Positions 22,872-34,640 are shown, counted from the first letter of the stretch. The stretch: DNA of 64,000 bases from Octopus sinensis (GCF_006345805.1 NW_021833063.1:1-64000), one strand, 5' to 3'. The notes: a model not told the origin generated them from the letters alone. Numbers and translations are program-made.

Positions 22872-23729
22872 GTTCTTCTTGAAAAAGTTGTTGAAAAACC
22901 TAACAGATCATCAGAACAGTTTTTTCGAGTACCGAATCGATTGCTTAATGAGTTGAAGCAACTAGGCTGGGATAAATTGGTCTATATTGGTCCTGCTTTC
23001 AAAAAACTGCATCTCAGCAAGGAAGACGATGAAGGGCGCACTCATATATTGAAGATACAACTTCATGCTGAACACCCTCGGGTACAACCTACCTGTGTTA
23101 CTGACCTTCCAAAAATGTTTAAATACACCTGGAATCCAAATAGTAAACTGATTGATCTTTATACCCAGTTTGAAAGAGTGATCCAATCTTATCAGATGTT
23201 CTGGGATGCCATGGAAGAAATCGACAAAAAAACATGGGTTTTGGAACCCGAGAAGCCTACATATAGCGCTACGTTTCGAAGAATAGCTCTAAGTCCAAAT
23301 TCATCTCTCCAGGTAATATTTGATCCTGACGAACCCCAGAACTTCGTCCAGTGTCAGTTCATTGGTGCCGAGAGTGTGGTCGATCCACTTAAGCAAAATC
23401 TAAACACGAATCTCCAGAAATGGGACATGGGCATAAATGTTCTTCAGAATCTTGAGAATTTACTGGAGATCGAGTTTCCTTCTCCGGCTTTCACGAAGAA
23501 GGAAGAATTTCTTGGGGAATGTGGTATTTGCTATTCTTATCGACTTGGCATGGAACTGCCAAGCAAAGTGTGTGAAAGCGCCCAGTGTGGTCAACCTTAT
23601 CACCAGTCGTGCCTCTATGAATGGTTAAAAACTCTGCCATCTAGTCGTTATAGTTATAACATGGTGTTTGGGGAATGCCCAATATGCATGAAACCTTTAA
23701 CAGTTACTGTTACTACATCTGCAGATTAA
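22872..23729 (+). CDS. FANCL: FANCL coding exon 2 (285 aa, double-RWD plus C4HC3 RING); joined protein 368 aa
   Basis: Acceptor ttttcttgcag at 22871, in frame with exon 1. Diagnostic motifs LGWDKLVY, FWDAMEEIDKKTWVLEPEKP, RRIAL, CGICYSYRL, CGQPYHQSCLYEWL, FGECPIC. No stops or frameshifts. Confidence 0.96.
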   Translation, partial: VLLEKVVEKPNRSSEQFFRVPNRLLNELKQLGWDKLVYIGPAFKKLHLSKEDDEGRTHILKIQLHAEHPRVQPTCVTDLPKMFKYTWNPNSKLIDLYTQFERVIQSYQMFWDAMEEIDKKTWVLEPEKPTYSATFRRIALSPNSSLQVIFDPDEPQNFVQCQFIGAESVVDPLKQNLNTNLQKWDMGINVLQNLENLLEIEFPSPAFTKKEEFLGECGICYSYRLGMELPSKVCESAQCGQPYHQSCLYEWLKTLPSSRYSYNMVFGECPICMKPLTVTVTTSAD

Positions 23730-23802
23730 ACTGTTTGTAATTACAGTAACATGAATGTTTATCATTATCCCTATGATGTTATTGTTGGAATTTATTTTCT
23801 AA

Positions 23803-24176
23803 ATAGGCATAGGAGAGGCTGTGTGGTAAGCAGCTTGCTTATCAACCACATGGTTCCGGGTTCAGTCCCACTGCGTGGCACCTTGGGCAAGTGTCTTCTA
23901 CTATAGCCCCGGGCCGACCAAAGCCTTGTGAGTAGATTTGGTAGACGGAAATTGAAAGAAGCCCGTCATATGTATGTGTGTGTGTGTATGTTCCCCCAAC
24001 ATCACTTGAGAACCAATGCTGGTGTGTTTACATCCCCGTAACTTAGCAGTTCGGCAAAAGAGACCGATAGAATAAGTACTAGGCTTACAAAGAATAAGTC
24101 TTGGGGTCGATTTGCTCGACTAAAGGCGGTGCTCCAGCATGGCCACAGTCAAATGACTGAAACAAGTAAAAAAGAG
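23803..24176 (+). mobile_element. SINE family C, about 75 bp after the FANCL stop codon
   Basis: Match to the C consensus. Confidence 0.9.
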
Positions 24177-24573
24177 CTTCTCAGTAGTTATCATAAATCC
24201 TTTCAAATACTTTAATTTAGCGATTATTTATATATAATCGCATCTGTTTTCCATGGTGGCATGGGTTGGATGGTTTGACAGAACCCAGCTTGCTGTAGGG
24301 CTGTGCTGAGCTCTAGTGTCAGCTTTTGGCATAATTTCTTTGGCTGGATGCCCTTCCCAATGCCAACCCCATTACAGTGTGTTCCAGGTACTTTTTCATA
24401 TGACTGGCACTCGAAAAGTCACCAAGTAACTCACAAGTCAAGTAAAGAATGGGAAAACAGGAAAAAACAGAAAAAGAAAGCCCCCTCTAAATAAGAGGGA
24501 GGAGTATTTGAAAGGTGGGGAGGTGGCTTTATGCCAGCTGTTAGGAGGTCGAAGTGTGATAGAAGTACAAGAA

Positions 24574-24805
24574 GGTGGTGAGCTGGCAGAAACGTTAGCA
24601 CGCCTGGCGAAATGCTTAATGCTATTTTGTCTGTCTTTATGTTCTGAGTTCAAATTCTGCTGAGGTCGACTTTGCCTGTCATCCTTTTGGGGTCGATAAA
24701 TTAAGTACCAGTTACGCACTGGGGTTGATGTAATTGACTTAATCCCTTTGTCTGTCGTTGTTTTTTTCCCTCTATGTTTGGCCCCTTATGGGCAATACAG
24801 AAATA
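24574..24805 (+). mobile_element. SINE family B (tail1)
   Basis: Match to the B consensus. Confidence 0.85.
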
Positions 24806-24998
24806 AGAGGTACAAGCGGTTGTCTTGTTATAGGAAAGAGACACATGGCTACCCCATAAAAGAAGGGGTGGGAGTAGCTAGGGAGAAGATAGGAATGGTG
24901 GTGATACAAGATACAAGAAGCTTTGCTGCTGTTAACCAATGAACTGTGAAGTAAGTGTGGAAGCTGTTGTCAGTCAGGCAGACTGGGTCAAAGAGTTG

Positions 24999-25037
<39 letters not shown>

Positions 25038-25112
25038 CCTGAAGGGCATATCATAATGGTTGTGTTAGGTGGATACATGACCAAATGGCTCAGAAGGACC
25101 TTTCACTGATTG

Positions 25113-25143
<31 letters not shown>

Positions 25144-25208
25144 CCTCTATACCACTATTACTACAATATATCACTGTCACAATATACCACTTTTATACTA
25201 TACCACTG

Positions 25209-25507
25209 TGGAGGTGCATGGCCTAGTGGTTAGAGCAGTGGACTCGCGGCCGAGGGATCGCGGGTTTGAATCTCAGACCGGGTGGTGTGTGTATTTATGA
25301 GTGAAACACCTAAGCTCCACGTGGCTCCGGCAGAAGGTAATGGCAAACTTCTGACTCTTTCACCACAACTTTCTCTCACTCTTTCCTCCTGCATCTTGCA
25401 GCTCACCTGTGACAGACCGTCGTCCTGTCCAGGTTGGAAACCTATACACCAAGGAAACCGGGAAACCGGCCCTTATAAGCCAGGCATGGCTCGCGAAGGA
25501 ACAAACA
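25209..25507 (+). mobile_element. Chimeric SINE: family A head and body + V-like tail
   Basis: 14-bp TSD ATACTATACCACTG at 25195-25208 and 25508-25521. Body as in 26452, tail as in 7818 and 39081. Confidence 0.85.
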
Positions 25508-25617
25508 ATACTATACCACTGCCATTACAATATACCACTACTTTTACACTATACTGTTAAAACAATACACCAGTTATATACCAATAACACCACTATAGCC
25601 ACAACACACCATTGCTG

Positions 25618-25814
25618 TTCAGGAATTTGGACCTGGAGATCTCCATTTCCAGCGACTTCGAGGGCCACCTCCCAGTGGTGTTGGGTGTCAACGAAGAGCT
25701 CTTGACTACAAAAAAAACAACCAAAGTTTTTTTTTTTCCCAAGGTCTGGGGTCTCCTGCCTCTAAGCCCTAGACTATCACCTAATCACCCTTACCCATCT
25801 TGTTGCTTAACAAC
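25618..25814. mobile_element. Insertion of about 200 bp with a 14-bp TSD, probably a truncated LINE end
   Basis: ACACACCATTGCTG at 25604-25617 and 25815-25828, inside a degenerate ACAATATACCACT minisatellite (about 25140-26050). Confidence 0.5.
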
Positions 25815-26074
25815 ACACACCATTGCTGCTACATTATATCACTTTTATCACAATATCTGGCACTACCTCAGTATATTACTGTTACTACAATAATATACCA
25901 GTGTTACTATATATCATTTTGACCACACTTCATTGAACACTACCATTATGACAATATCCCACTGTTACTAAACTATACCAGTATACCATTGTTCTTTCAA
26001 TAAACCATTGCTAACTACAATATACCATGGCTGTTATGCTATACTACTGTTGTTCTTTTAGCAATTGTCTTTTT

Positions 26075-26289
26075 TTAACCCTTCAGCATTCAGATTACTC
26101 TGTTGAAAGTAATGCTTGCTAATTTCACATTGTTTTGAGTTTATCGTACATTATCTTGCAGCTCTGTGAATGTTTATTTTTAAAATAACATTGTTGGGTA
26201 GGTGTGAGAGGTCTGATCTGGTCAGTTTGATCATAGAACAAGTAGAATATTTGGACCTGATATGGCTGGTTTGAATACTAAAGGATTAA
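26075..26289. mobile_element. piggyBac-like MITE
   Basis: TTAA-CCCTTCAGCATTCA ... TGAATACTAAAGGA-TTAA. Confidence 0.75.
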
Positions 26290-26325
26290 GCAGTTTTTTG
26301 AGATTTCTTAAAACAAAAAGAAATT

Positions 26326-27038
26326 TATAATAGTTGTATACTGTCAACTTAACGTGACAGTAGGGGATTACACCACCGCTGTTTAGCCCTAGGAAGCATC
26401 AAACGCTTCCTGTCGGCTTCAACACACTTACTGTGTCCTTATATATATTTAGTGGAGGCGCAATGGCCCAGTGGTTAGGGCAGCGGACTCGCGGTCGTAG
26501 GATCGCGGTTTCGATTCCCAGACCGGGCGTTGTGAGTGTTTATTGAGTGAAAACACCTAAAACTCCACGAGGCTCTGGCAGGGATGGTGGTGATCCCTGC
26601 TGTACTCTTTCACCACAACTTTCTCTCACTCTTACTTCCTGTTTCTGTTGTACCTGTATTTCAAAGGGCCGGCCTTGTCACTCTCTGTGTCACGCTGAAT
26701 ATCCCCGAGAACTACGTTAAGGGTACACGTGTCTGTGGAGTGCTCAGCCACTTACACGTTAATTTCACGAGCAGGCTGTTCCGTTGATTCGGATCAACCG
26801 GAACCCTCATCGTCGTAACCGACGGAGTGCTTCCAATACACTTCTTTCATATCTTCGCCGATGAAGGTTTTTCGGACAATATATATATTTACGAAGGGGA
26901 AACAAATACCCCCAACAGCTAGTCTCCTCTTCGTAAGAGTGTCGAAGCGACAGGAAGCGTTCAATGCTTCCTAGGGCTAAACAGTGGTGGTGTAATCCCC
27001 CTACTGTCACGTTAAATTGACAGTATACAACTATTATA
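26326..27038. mobile_element. MITE with TIRs of about 105 bp and TA ends, containing a SINE A insertion
   Basis: TATAATAGTTGTATACTGTCAA...CCTAGGAAGCAT is mirrored at 26930-27038. Confidence 0.85.
26452..26836 (+). mobile_element. SINE family A, full length
   Basis: tRNA-like head GTGGAGGCGCAATGGCCCAGTGGTTAGGG...GGTTTCGATTCCC with A and B boxes; 3' end CGACGGAGTGCTTCCA. Confidence 0.92.
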
Positions 27039-27434
27039 TCGCCCCACCACCGTACATATCTCTATGAGATATTTAGAAATTTAATATTTCTGAAAAAGAA
27101 ATTTCATATTCGTTTACTAAATATTGTTGTACACCTATTGCACTATTATTTTTTCTCGTGTCAAACGCTTTAGTTTGACCAGAATAAGTACCAGTTGAGG
27201 TGATCGATTTACCCTGTTCCTCAAACCTTTCTGGCCTTGTACCAAAATTTGAAACCAATGTTTGCACCCACTAAGGCGACAAGCTGGGAGAAAATGCTTA
27301 GTGGCATTTTGTCTATCTTTACCTTCTGAGTTCAAATTCCTCTGAGGTCGACTTGCCATTCATCCTTTTGGGGTCGATAAAATAAGTACCAGTTGAGCAC
27401 TGGTAATCGACTTGCCTCTCCCTTAAAATTGCTG

Positions 27435-27755
27435 GGATCTTTTTGGTTTGAACGGCAGTTTTTTAAAAATAATTTCCACGTAACTAAACACTTTTAAACT
27501 TTGTATACTGGTAGAACGAGGGACATATTCATACGGCACAGAATGTTTTTTTTACCTCAATAGACGTCAGTGATAGGTTGAAATTGCAGAAATTGAAGAA
27601 AAAAAACAACAAATATCTTACAAACTATAGAATTTTCTCAAGAAAGCCAAGAGAAAAAGATGTTTTATAAACACATTCTACCAGTATACGGAGTTTACAA
27701 TTTTTTAGTTACCTAGAAATTATGTTAAAAACTGCCGTTCAAACCGAAAAGATCC
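27435..27755. mobile_element. Merlin-like MITE, internally deleted
   Basis: Same TIRs as 17620 and 22367. TSD not preserved. Confidence 0.7.
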
Positions 27756-27949
27756 AAAACTTTTTTTCATCAAAATAGCAGTAAACGATTAATCGAGCAA
27801 GATCACGAAGTCAGTCATTCCCCCATAAATATTAATGAGCAAATCAAAAGGAATGTAAAATGTTCAATTGTGGTGCTGCCAGTATGGTACGTAACTCTAC
27901 TTTTGCCAATCCAAGTTATTTCCCTTTATCGTAACTCTTCCGAAAAATT

Positions 27950-28435
27950 GCTTAGCATTATTTCTTTCGGGTACTTTTATATTCTGAGTTCGAGGCTTTA
28001 CATTTTGAGTTCAAGTGTCGCCGTGATCGATTTTGCCTTTCATCCTTTCGGTGTCGATTAAAGAAGTACCAGTTACACACTGAGATCGATATAATCGACT
28101 TAATCCGTTTGTTTGTTCTTGTTTGTCCTGTCTGTGTTTAGCTCCTTGTGGGTAGTAAAGAAATAGGTATTTCTTTCGGGGCTTTTATATTCTGCACTGG
28201 GGTCGATGTAATCGACTTAATCCGTTTGTCTGTCCTTGTTTGTCCCCCCTGTGTTTAGGTATTTCTTTCGGGGCTTTTATATTCTGATTTCGAGGCTTTA
28301 CATTCTGAGTTTAAGTGTCGTCGTAGTCGATTTTGCCTTTCATCCTTTCGAGGTGGATTAAATAAGTACGATTTAAGTATTGGGGTCGATGTAATGGACT
28401 AAAACCCTCGCTGGCCTTGTGCCAAAATTAGAAAG
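27950..28435 (+). mobile_element. Old SINE B (tail2) host with two tail1 insertions at its GTATTT site
   Basis: The host-private string TATTTCTTTCGGG(G/T)..CTTTTATATTCTG occurs at about 27958, 28167 and 28259. Confidence 0.8.
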
Positions 28436-28675
28436 CGCTATCACTTATGTGTAAAGAATAATGAACAAGATGTCATTTTCATACGTATGGAATTAGTCTA
28501 ACTGTCTGTCTCTCTCATAAACTCTTATCATCAGCAGTTTTATGAAGGAAAAGTGAGAGCAGACGACAATGAATTAATGAATAAATGAATAACAATGACA
28601 TTGGTCGTTTCAATGCTCGTTTCAAGCTATTGTTAAGTCACTCTTAAGCAGAACTAAATACGTTATTAATAAATA

Positions 28676-29061
28676 CTAGCAGTGTTGCTCGGGTTTGTTT
28701 TCTTTTTAACCCTTTAGAAAACGGAATTTTTGAAAAGTAAAAAATTCGCATTATGTAGCTTGTTATTCTCTTTAAGTGAACATTTTTCTAGTTAAAATAC
28801 ACCGAAAAATAGCGATACAGCAGTCAAAAATTCGTAAAAAATAGGGATTTTCATAGAAAAAAAGCACCATTTTGATGTAAATCATTTTTGGTGTTAACAT
28901 GGTCCGATTTGAATTTTTCTTCTACGGAAGGAAGAGCAAGCCTTCTTCTATCATACTCTCAATTTTGGTCAACTTGCGCCGCAGGGTCTCGGAGGAGATA
29001 GTGCTAGTTGAAGGCTACCAAACCTGCCACATAGACAACTGCAGCTATATATATAGAGAGA
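28676..29061 (-). mobile_element. Non-autonomous Helitron, family H2
   Basis: Reverse copy of 4217-4603, with A|TC and CTAG|T termini. Confidence 0.78.
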
Positions 29062-29234
29062 TTTTAGTGAAGAGGAAACGTAGTTTTCACAACTCTTCAC
29101 AAGACCTCCGACACTGGTAGGGAGTATGGAAAGGACGTATCTTCGAGCTGGAGACATGGGCCGTATGCTTGCGACAGAGTGGATTCTGTTAATAACACCT
29201 AAGTATAGTGTTGAGGTGGGCAGTAGATTACGAG

Positions 29235-29643
29235 ACCAAATGTCCAGGAAAACTGACAAAAAGGGCCTTGTTTCATCCGGACAATGCTCCAGCACACAAG
29301 TCCTTGGTTTCAATGGCTGCTATGTGTGACTATGGTTTTGAACTCGTTGATCAGCATCCCTTTTTCTCCTGATTTGGCCTCCTCTGATTATCATATGTTC
29401 CCCAACATGTAAATACACTTGGCTGGGAACCAGTATCGCAGTGATGGTGACGTCATATCTGCTGTTGAGATTTTTGACCAACAGGATGAAGGCTTTTTCA
29501 CTAATGGGATCCAAGCACTCTTAACATCGATGGAAGAAGTGTGTGAATCGCAAAGGAGACTATGTTGAAAAAAAAAACCTCATTTGGCCAGATTTCATGA
29601 GACTATCTTTGGCAGCTATGAACTTTTCAGCCGACTCTCGTAA
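29235..29643 (+). mobile_element. Mariner transposase C-terminal pseudogene with 3' TIR
   Basis: LFHPDNAPAHKS...SPDLASSDYHMFP...GIQAL..RWKKCVNRKGDYVEK across frameshifts; ends AACTTTTCAGCCGACTCTCG-TA. Confidence 0.8.
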
Positions 29644-29865
29644 GTCTCCATTTTAGGTCACAGTGGAGTCAGAAATTAGGGTAATGCAAAGGACCTGAAA
29701 AAATATTTCAAGACATTTTTTAAAACCAATCTCTAAAGAATGAGCAGCAAGGTTGAGCGACGCCTGATTTGATCTGAGAGTTCCATGCACCTAGTGTCTT
29801 ATACATTCGTACTTTCTTTATTTTATTATAACCTACGTTGTATTACTTGTTTCTTACATATGTTC

Positions 29866-30212
29866 AGTGGTTAGGGCATCGGTCTCACGATCATGCAGTA
29901 TTGAGTTCGATTCCCGGACCGGGTTGTGTGTTGTGTTCTTGAACAAGACACTTTATTTCACGTTGCTCTAGTTCACTCAACTGTAGAAACGTGTCGCGAC
30001 GTCACTGGTACCAAGCTATATTAGCCTTTGCCTTTCCCTTGGATAACATCGGTGGCATAGAAAGAGGAGGCTGGTATACATGGGAAACTGCTGGTCTTCC
30101 ATAAACAGCCTTGCTCGGACTTGTTCCTCGGAGAGGAACTTTCTAGGTGCGATCTCATTGTCATTCATGACTGAAGGGTGTCTTTACCTTTTCTTACATA
30201 CGCACAAGGTTA
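29866..30212 (+). mobile_element. CORE-type SINE (F-like body) with a third tail type
   Basis: CAGTGGTTAGGGC...GAGTTCGATTCC...GTTCTTGAACAAGACACTT, followed by an unrelated tail. Confidence 0.65.
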
Positions 30213-30384
30213 GAAATTGATGAACAGATGGTTAAGCAGAAGTCATTTATATAGACTCCAGTACTTCTATAATACTTTATTTTATCAGAATCAACCATAA
30301 AACCAGTGGACCTCACTCCTACACTATTCTGCAACCAGTTACTTGTTTTTTTCTTCCCTCATATACGGTCATTGGTCGAAATCG

Positions 30385-30640
30385 CACGGTCTGGTGGTCA
30401 GAGTGCTGCGCTCATGATCGAGAGATCGTGGTTTCAATTCCTTGATCGGGTAGTGTGTCGTGTTCTTGAGCAAAACACTTCATCTCATGTTGCTTTGACA
30501 TGTGGTGCACCGTGCACCTATTCTGGCAACATTGATTTGATGGAAAAAGTGAGTTAACGCACAGCACATAAATTTGATCCCTATAAACAAATCATTTGTG
30601 CCGGTCGTTCAGGAAGAAGTCGTAGAACCGTAGTTCTCAG
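30385..30640 (+). mobile_element. CORE-type SINE with a fourth tail type
   Basis: GTTCTTGAGCAAAACACTTCATCTC. Tail shared with 16465-16540. Confidence 0.6.
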
Positions 30641-30861
30641 ACTACGAGAGACTGCAATCACACGATAATTGAATCTCTTCATTTCAATATCAATGAATCC
30701 TATTGGTATGCTACCCTGAAATCATTTGAGTTACATCATCACTAAGTTCTGTTACATCGCCATCATGTCCCTCTATTACATCATATTGAGATCTATATAT
30801 CTCCTATCTCGCTTACATTATCAGTGAGTCCTCCTGTTACAACAATCTCTCTCTCTCTCTT

Positions 30862-30903
<42 letters not shown>

Positions 30904-32365
30904 TCTGTCAAATCATCTTGAAATAATTGATACATTTTGTTACGTGATCGGTAATTTTCTCCGCTAAATAAGACATTAGCATGTCCTCTGTTATATTGAA
31001 ATCAGAGCCCCACTGCCACCCCACATTGCATATATATATTAAATCTCTCTTTTACGCCACCTTGTCCCTCTGTCACACCTTTTTTGAGCCCCTCTGTTAC
31101 ACCATATTGTGATCTTTGAGGATCTTTGGTTCCGTTTGTTACATCATATCTAAATATTGGTTTCAAATTTTATTACAAGGCCAAAAGGTTTGTGGGAGGG
31201 GCTAACTTTATTACATCGATCCCAGTGTTCAGCTGGTACTTATTTTGCCGACCATTAAAGGATAAAAGACAAACTCAACAACGGCGGAATTTGAACTCAG
31301 AACGCAAAGATGGACAAAATGCCACTAAGCATTTTGCCCGGTGTGCAAACGATTCTGATAGATTGCCGTCTTATTGATATTTGTCATTATTGGCAACAGT
31401 TCTGCTGCTGTGTCGGGAAATTGCTCAACCAGGACTGCAGATGGAATCTCAGATTTCCTTTTCCTGAGTTGATGTGGAGTTTAGATAATTTCAACACGGA
31501 TGGGCCGTTGGCTGTACAGTGAAATCTTTTGCGATCGGTATTGCAGCCTCGGCGCTCTCTGTTGCAATGCTGGTTCTCTTATGAGAGAATCGACGAGATT
31601 CTTTCTCTTGGAAGCTTTTTGGTCAAACGTTTATCACACGTTTCTATTACCGTCGTTTTCACCTTATCTGTTAAAAGCATCTCGCATCATCAAGTATGGT
31701 ATCGTTTCTTTTTGTTAGCTCTTCAGTAATTGATAGTGCATGCCTTCTCTGTACTTTTGTTTGCCTGGTGTTGTCTTAGGTTTTAAGAACTCAGAAGAGT
31801 AAGTAAAAACCGAGTGCTCGTTCGCAAATCAGATTATTATTTTACTATAACCATCAACGTATCATACTTATTGTACATACATTGTTGATTGGCCTGTTAC
31901 TGTGGTTGTTGCCCTGATATAACATCTATTATGGATATACTGTGTTAAAATCAATGAATATTAGAGCAAGGCAAAGATTCATCCGGTAGCGACCAACGAG
32001 AACACCAGATGTATTTCGACCATTTTGAGAATTTTTAATGGCACAAACTCGCAGCCAGGTACGAACACGGACAAGAGATCGTCGTCTCTAATGTGGAAAA
32101 AATAAATAAGACATTCACTGATGTTGCGAGTAGTCGTTCGGTTGAATAGAAATTCATATATGCAATTAAATTAGAATAGTTATTTTTGTATCACAGGCGC
32201 AGACATGTGTGTGTGTGTGTGGTTAAGAAACTAGCTTTGCGATCCCGTGGTTTCAGGTTCAGTTCCGCTTCGGGTAAGTCTTTTCTACTATAGTCTCGGG
32301 CCGACAAATGCGTTGTGAGCAAAACTGGTAGACGTAGAAAGTGTATAGAAACCTACCATGTGTAT

Positions 32366-32396
<31 letters not shown>

Positions 32397-33239
32397 CGCG
32401 CGTGTCTGTGTTACTTTACATCCAGTAACTTAGCGGTGTGGCAAAAGGGGCCGAGAAAAAAGGTAACGAAACTATAAAAAAAAAAGTGTACTGGAGTCAA
32501 TTTGCTTCGACTGAAAACCCTTCAAGGCCGTGCTCCAGCATGGCCGTAGCCTAATTACTGAAACAAATAAACAATGAAATAGAATCGATATACCCTAAAA
32601 ATGTGTTTTTGTTGTTGAATCTATTTACTGGAGATTCTTCTCAACAGTTAACAGCGACAAATATACCCCAACCCTTATAGACCAAACTATATCAAAGTTA
32701 ACGACGAATCTTCCGTTATTGTAGAAAACAATGTTACGAAGCGACAAAACAGAGTAACAACTAATATACTCACACACACACAAGAAAAAAAAAAGCGATA
32801 AATTTTTAATGGACGCCATTTTGAATCGATCGCATTTATTATTATTATCCATGTCTCTTTTGAGTGTAGCAATCTTGTAACAGTCATCAAAGCCTTACAT
32901 CATCAGTTCACTGAATCACGTTACCGTATTTAATAGAACATTATTTTTAGATTGATTGGCTGTATTTACTTTTCTTCTCATGCTCAGCCAGTGGGCAGCG
33001 ATGCGTGAACTGCGCAGACATTGAGAAATGACAACGTCGGTCTGTATGTTATCACAGCTTCTTAGTGCTAGTAATGGCCAGTGTTAACAGAGGTAGGGAT
33101 GGTAGCGATGATATTAATGGTGTTGTTGTTGGTGTTGGTGGTAGTGATGATAACGATACTGGTGGTGTCTCAACATTGCTGTTTCACAGACTGAATCGTA
33201 TAACATCGTAACGTACACCAAAGTTCAACGAAATTACCT

Positions 33240-33429
33240 CAGTTACCACTGCTGCTGCAGCTGCAGCTGCTACTACTACTGCTGCTGCAGCTACTACTAC
33301 TACTGCCGCTACTACAACCACCACCAGAACCACCATGACCGCCATCACAACCACCATGACCACCACCACCACCACAGCTGCTGCTGCTACTACTACAACT
33401 ACTACTACTACCACTACTGTTGCTGCTAT

Positions 33430-33462
<33 letters not shown>

Positions 33463-33596
33463 CACTACTACCGCCACTACTGCTGCTGCTGTTGCTACTA
33501 CTACTACTACTACTACCGCCACTACTGCTGCTGCTGTTGCTACTACAACTACCACCACTACTACTACTACTACCACTACTGTTGCTGCTGCTGCTA

Positions 33597-33639
<43 letters not shown>

Positions 33640-33676
33640 ACTACTACTACTACTACTACTACTACCACTACTACTA

Positions 33677-33710
<34 letters not shown>

Positions 33711-33733
33711 CACTACTGTTGCTGCTGCTGCTG

Positions 33734-33764
<31 letters not shown>

Positions 33765-33823
33765 CACTACTGTTGCTGCTGCTGCTGCTACTACTACTAC
33801 TACCACTACTGTTGCTGCTGCTG

Positions 33824-33853
<30 letters not shown>
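33240..33853. repeat. Compound (CTA)n/(CTG)n/(CCA)n trinucleotide tract
   Basis: Repeated blocks ACCACTACTGTTGCTGCTGCTGCTACTACT; source of spurious poly-T/V/L/S ORFs. Confidence 0.95.
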
Positions 33854-33854
<1 letters not shown>

Positions 33855-34446
33855 AAGAACCTTTACTACTCTCGGCACAAGGCCCGAAATTTTTTTTGGG
33901 GAAGGGGCTAACTCTATTACATCTTGACACATGTCAAGAATGTGATTTTTATGAGGATACCATTCCTGATGAAGGGGACATTGTCTGCATGGTTTGTAAG
34001 ATTTTTATTAATTTTTCTACCTGGACATAAACTCTGGAAACGGTTGTAGAAAGTGGACCTCCTCGAACTGTATTATATACCTTATATAACATTTATATAT
34101 TTAAGAAAAAACATCGAATTTTATGGATCTTTTAATTGAAACTCTTAACCGCTCTTAATTTTAGTATTAAAAAATTTCTCTTTTTCTCACACTTCCTTCC
34201 ATACGTATTCCATATGGGTTTTATTTACATGTATTTATATATATATATATAGTGACGTATATTTGCCATTTGAATATGGCTAACCCCTAAGGGTGGATGC
34301 TACTGTAGTTTGTAGCCCCAGGAAGACACCTCCTCCAGCTGGCTATAGACACACTTTCTGTGCCCTATCAGTATTTGTGAAGGGGAGTCATCCTTCCCGT
34401 CTTCAACTCGAGTTTTAAGGTATTGACCTATCATATATATATATAT

Positions 34447-34640
34447 ATATGGAGAGTTTACGAAAAAATCAAAAGACGAAGACAGGTGGTGTACAAAACA
34501 AACAGATGTATTAGTATAACGCTCAGGAATAAAAAAAAGTCTTTTACGTTTCGAGCCTATGCTCTTCTACAGGAAGGGACACAGAAAAAAACAAGGAGAG
34601 AAAAAAATGTGTGTAGTGGCTAACGATCTATAATGGCGAC
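34447..34640 (-). mobile_element. About 200-bp Penelope-type element in (TA)n with a hammerhead-like motif
   Basis: Minus strand CTTC-CTGTAGA-A-GAGC-ATAG-GCTC-GAAAC-GTA-AAAGAC. A paralogue with the same ends lies at about 61655-61893. Confidence 0.65.

Noticed and set aside
19168-24176. Inverted SINE C pair flanking FANCL as a circRNA driver
   Set aside because: The last exon has no downstream donor, and no plus-strand C copy lies in the intron after exon 1, so back-splicing is unsupported.
31380-32900. Possible gene start (AAAATGGCG motif at about 32815, donor-like CAG|GTACGA) and a LINE ORF1-like peptide (TEELTKRNDTILDDAR)
   Set aside because: Isolated short motifs with no linked exon chain or domain-level support.
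33184-34030. Mucin-like poly-Thr/Ser/Val ORFs
   Set aside because: Trinucleotide repeat with no splice or domain support.
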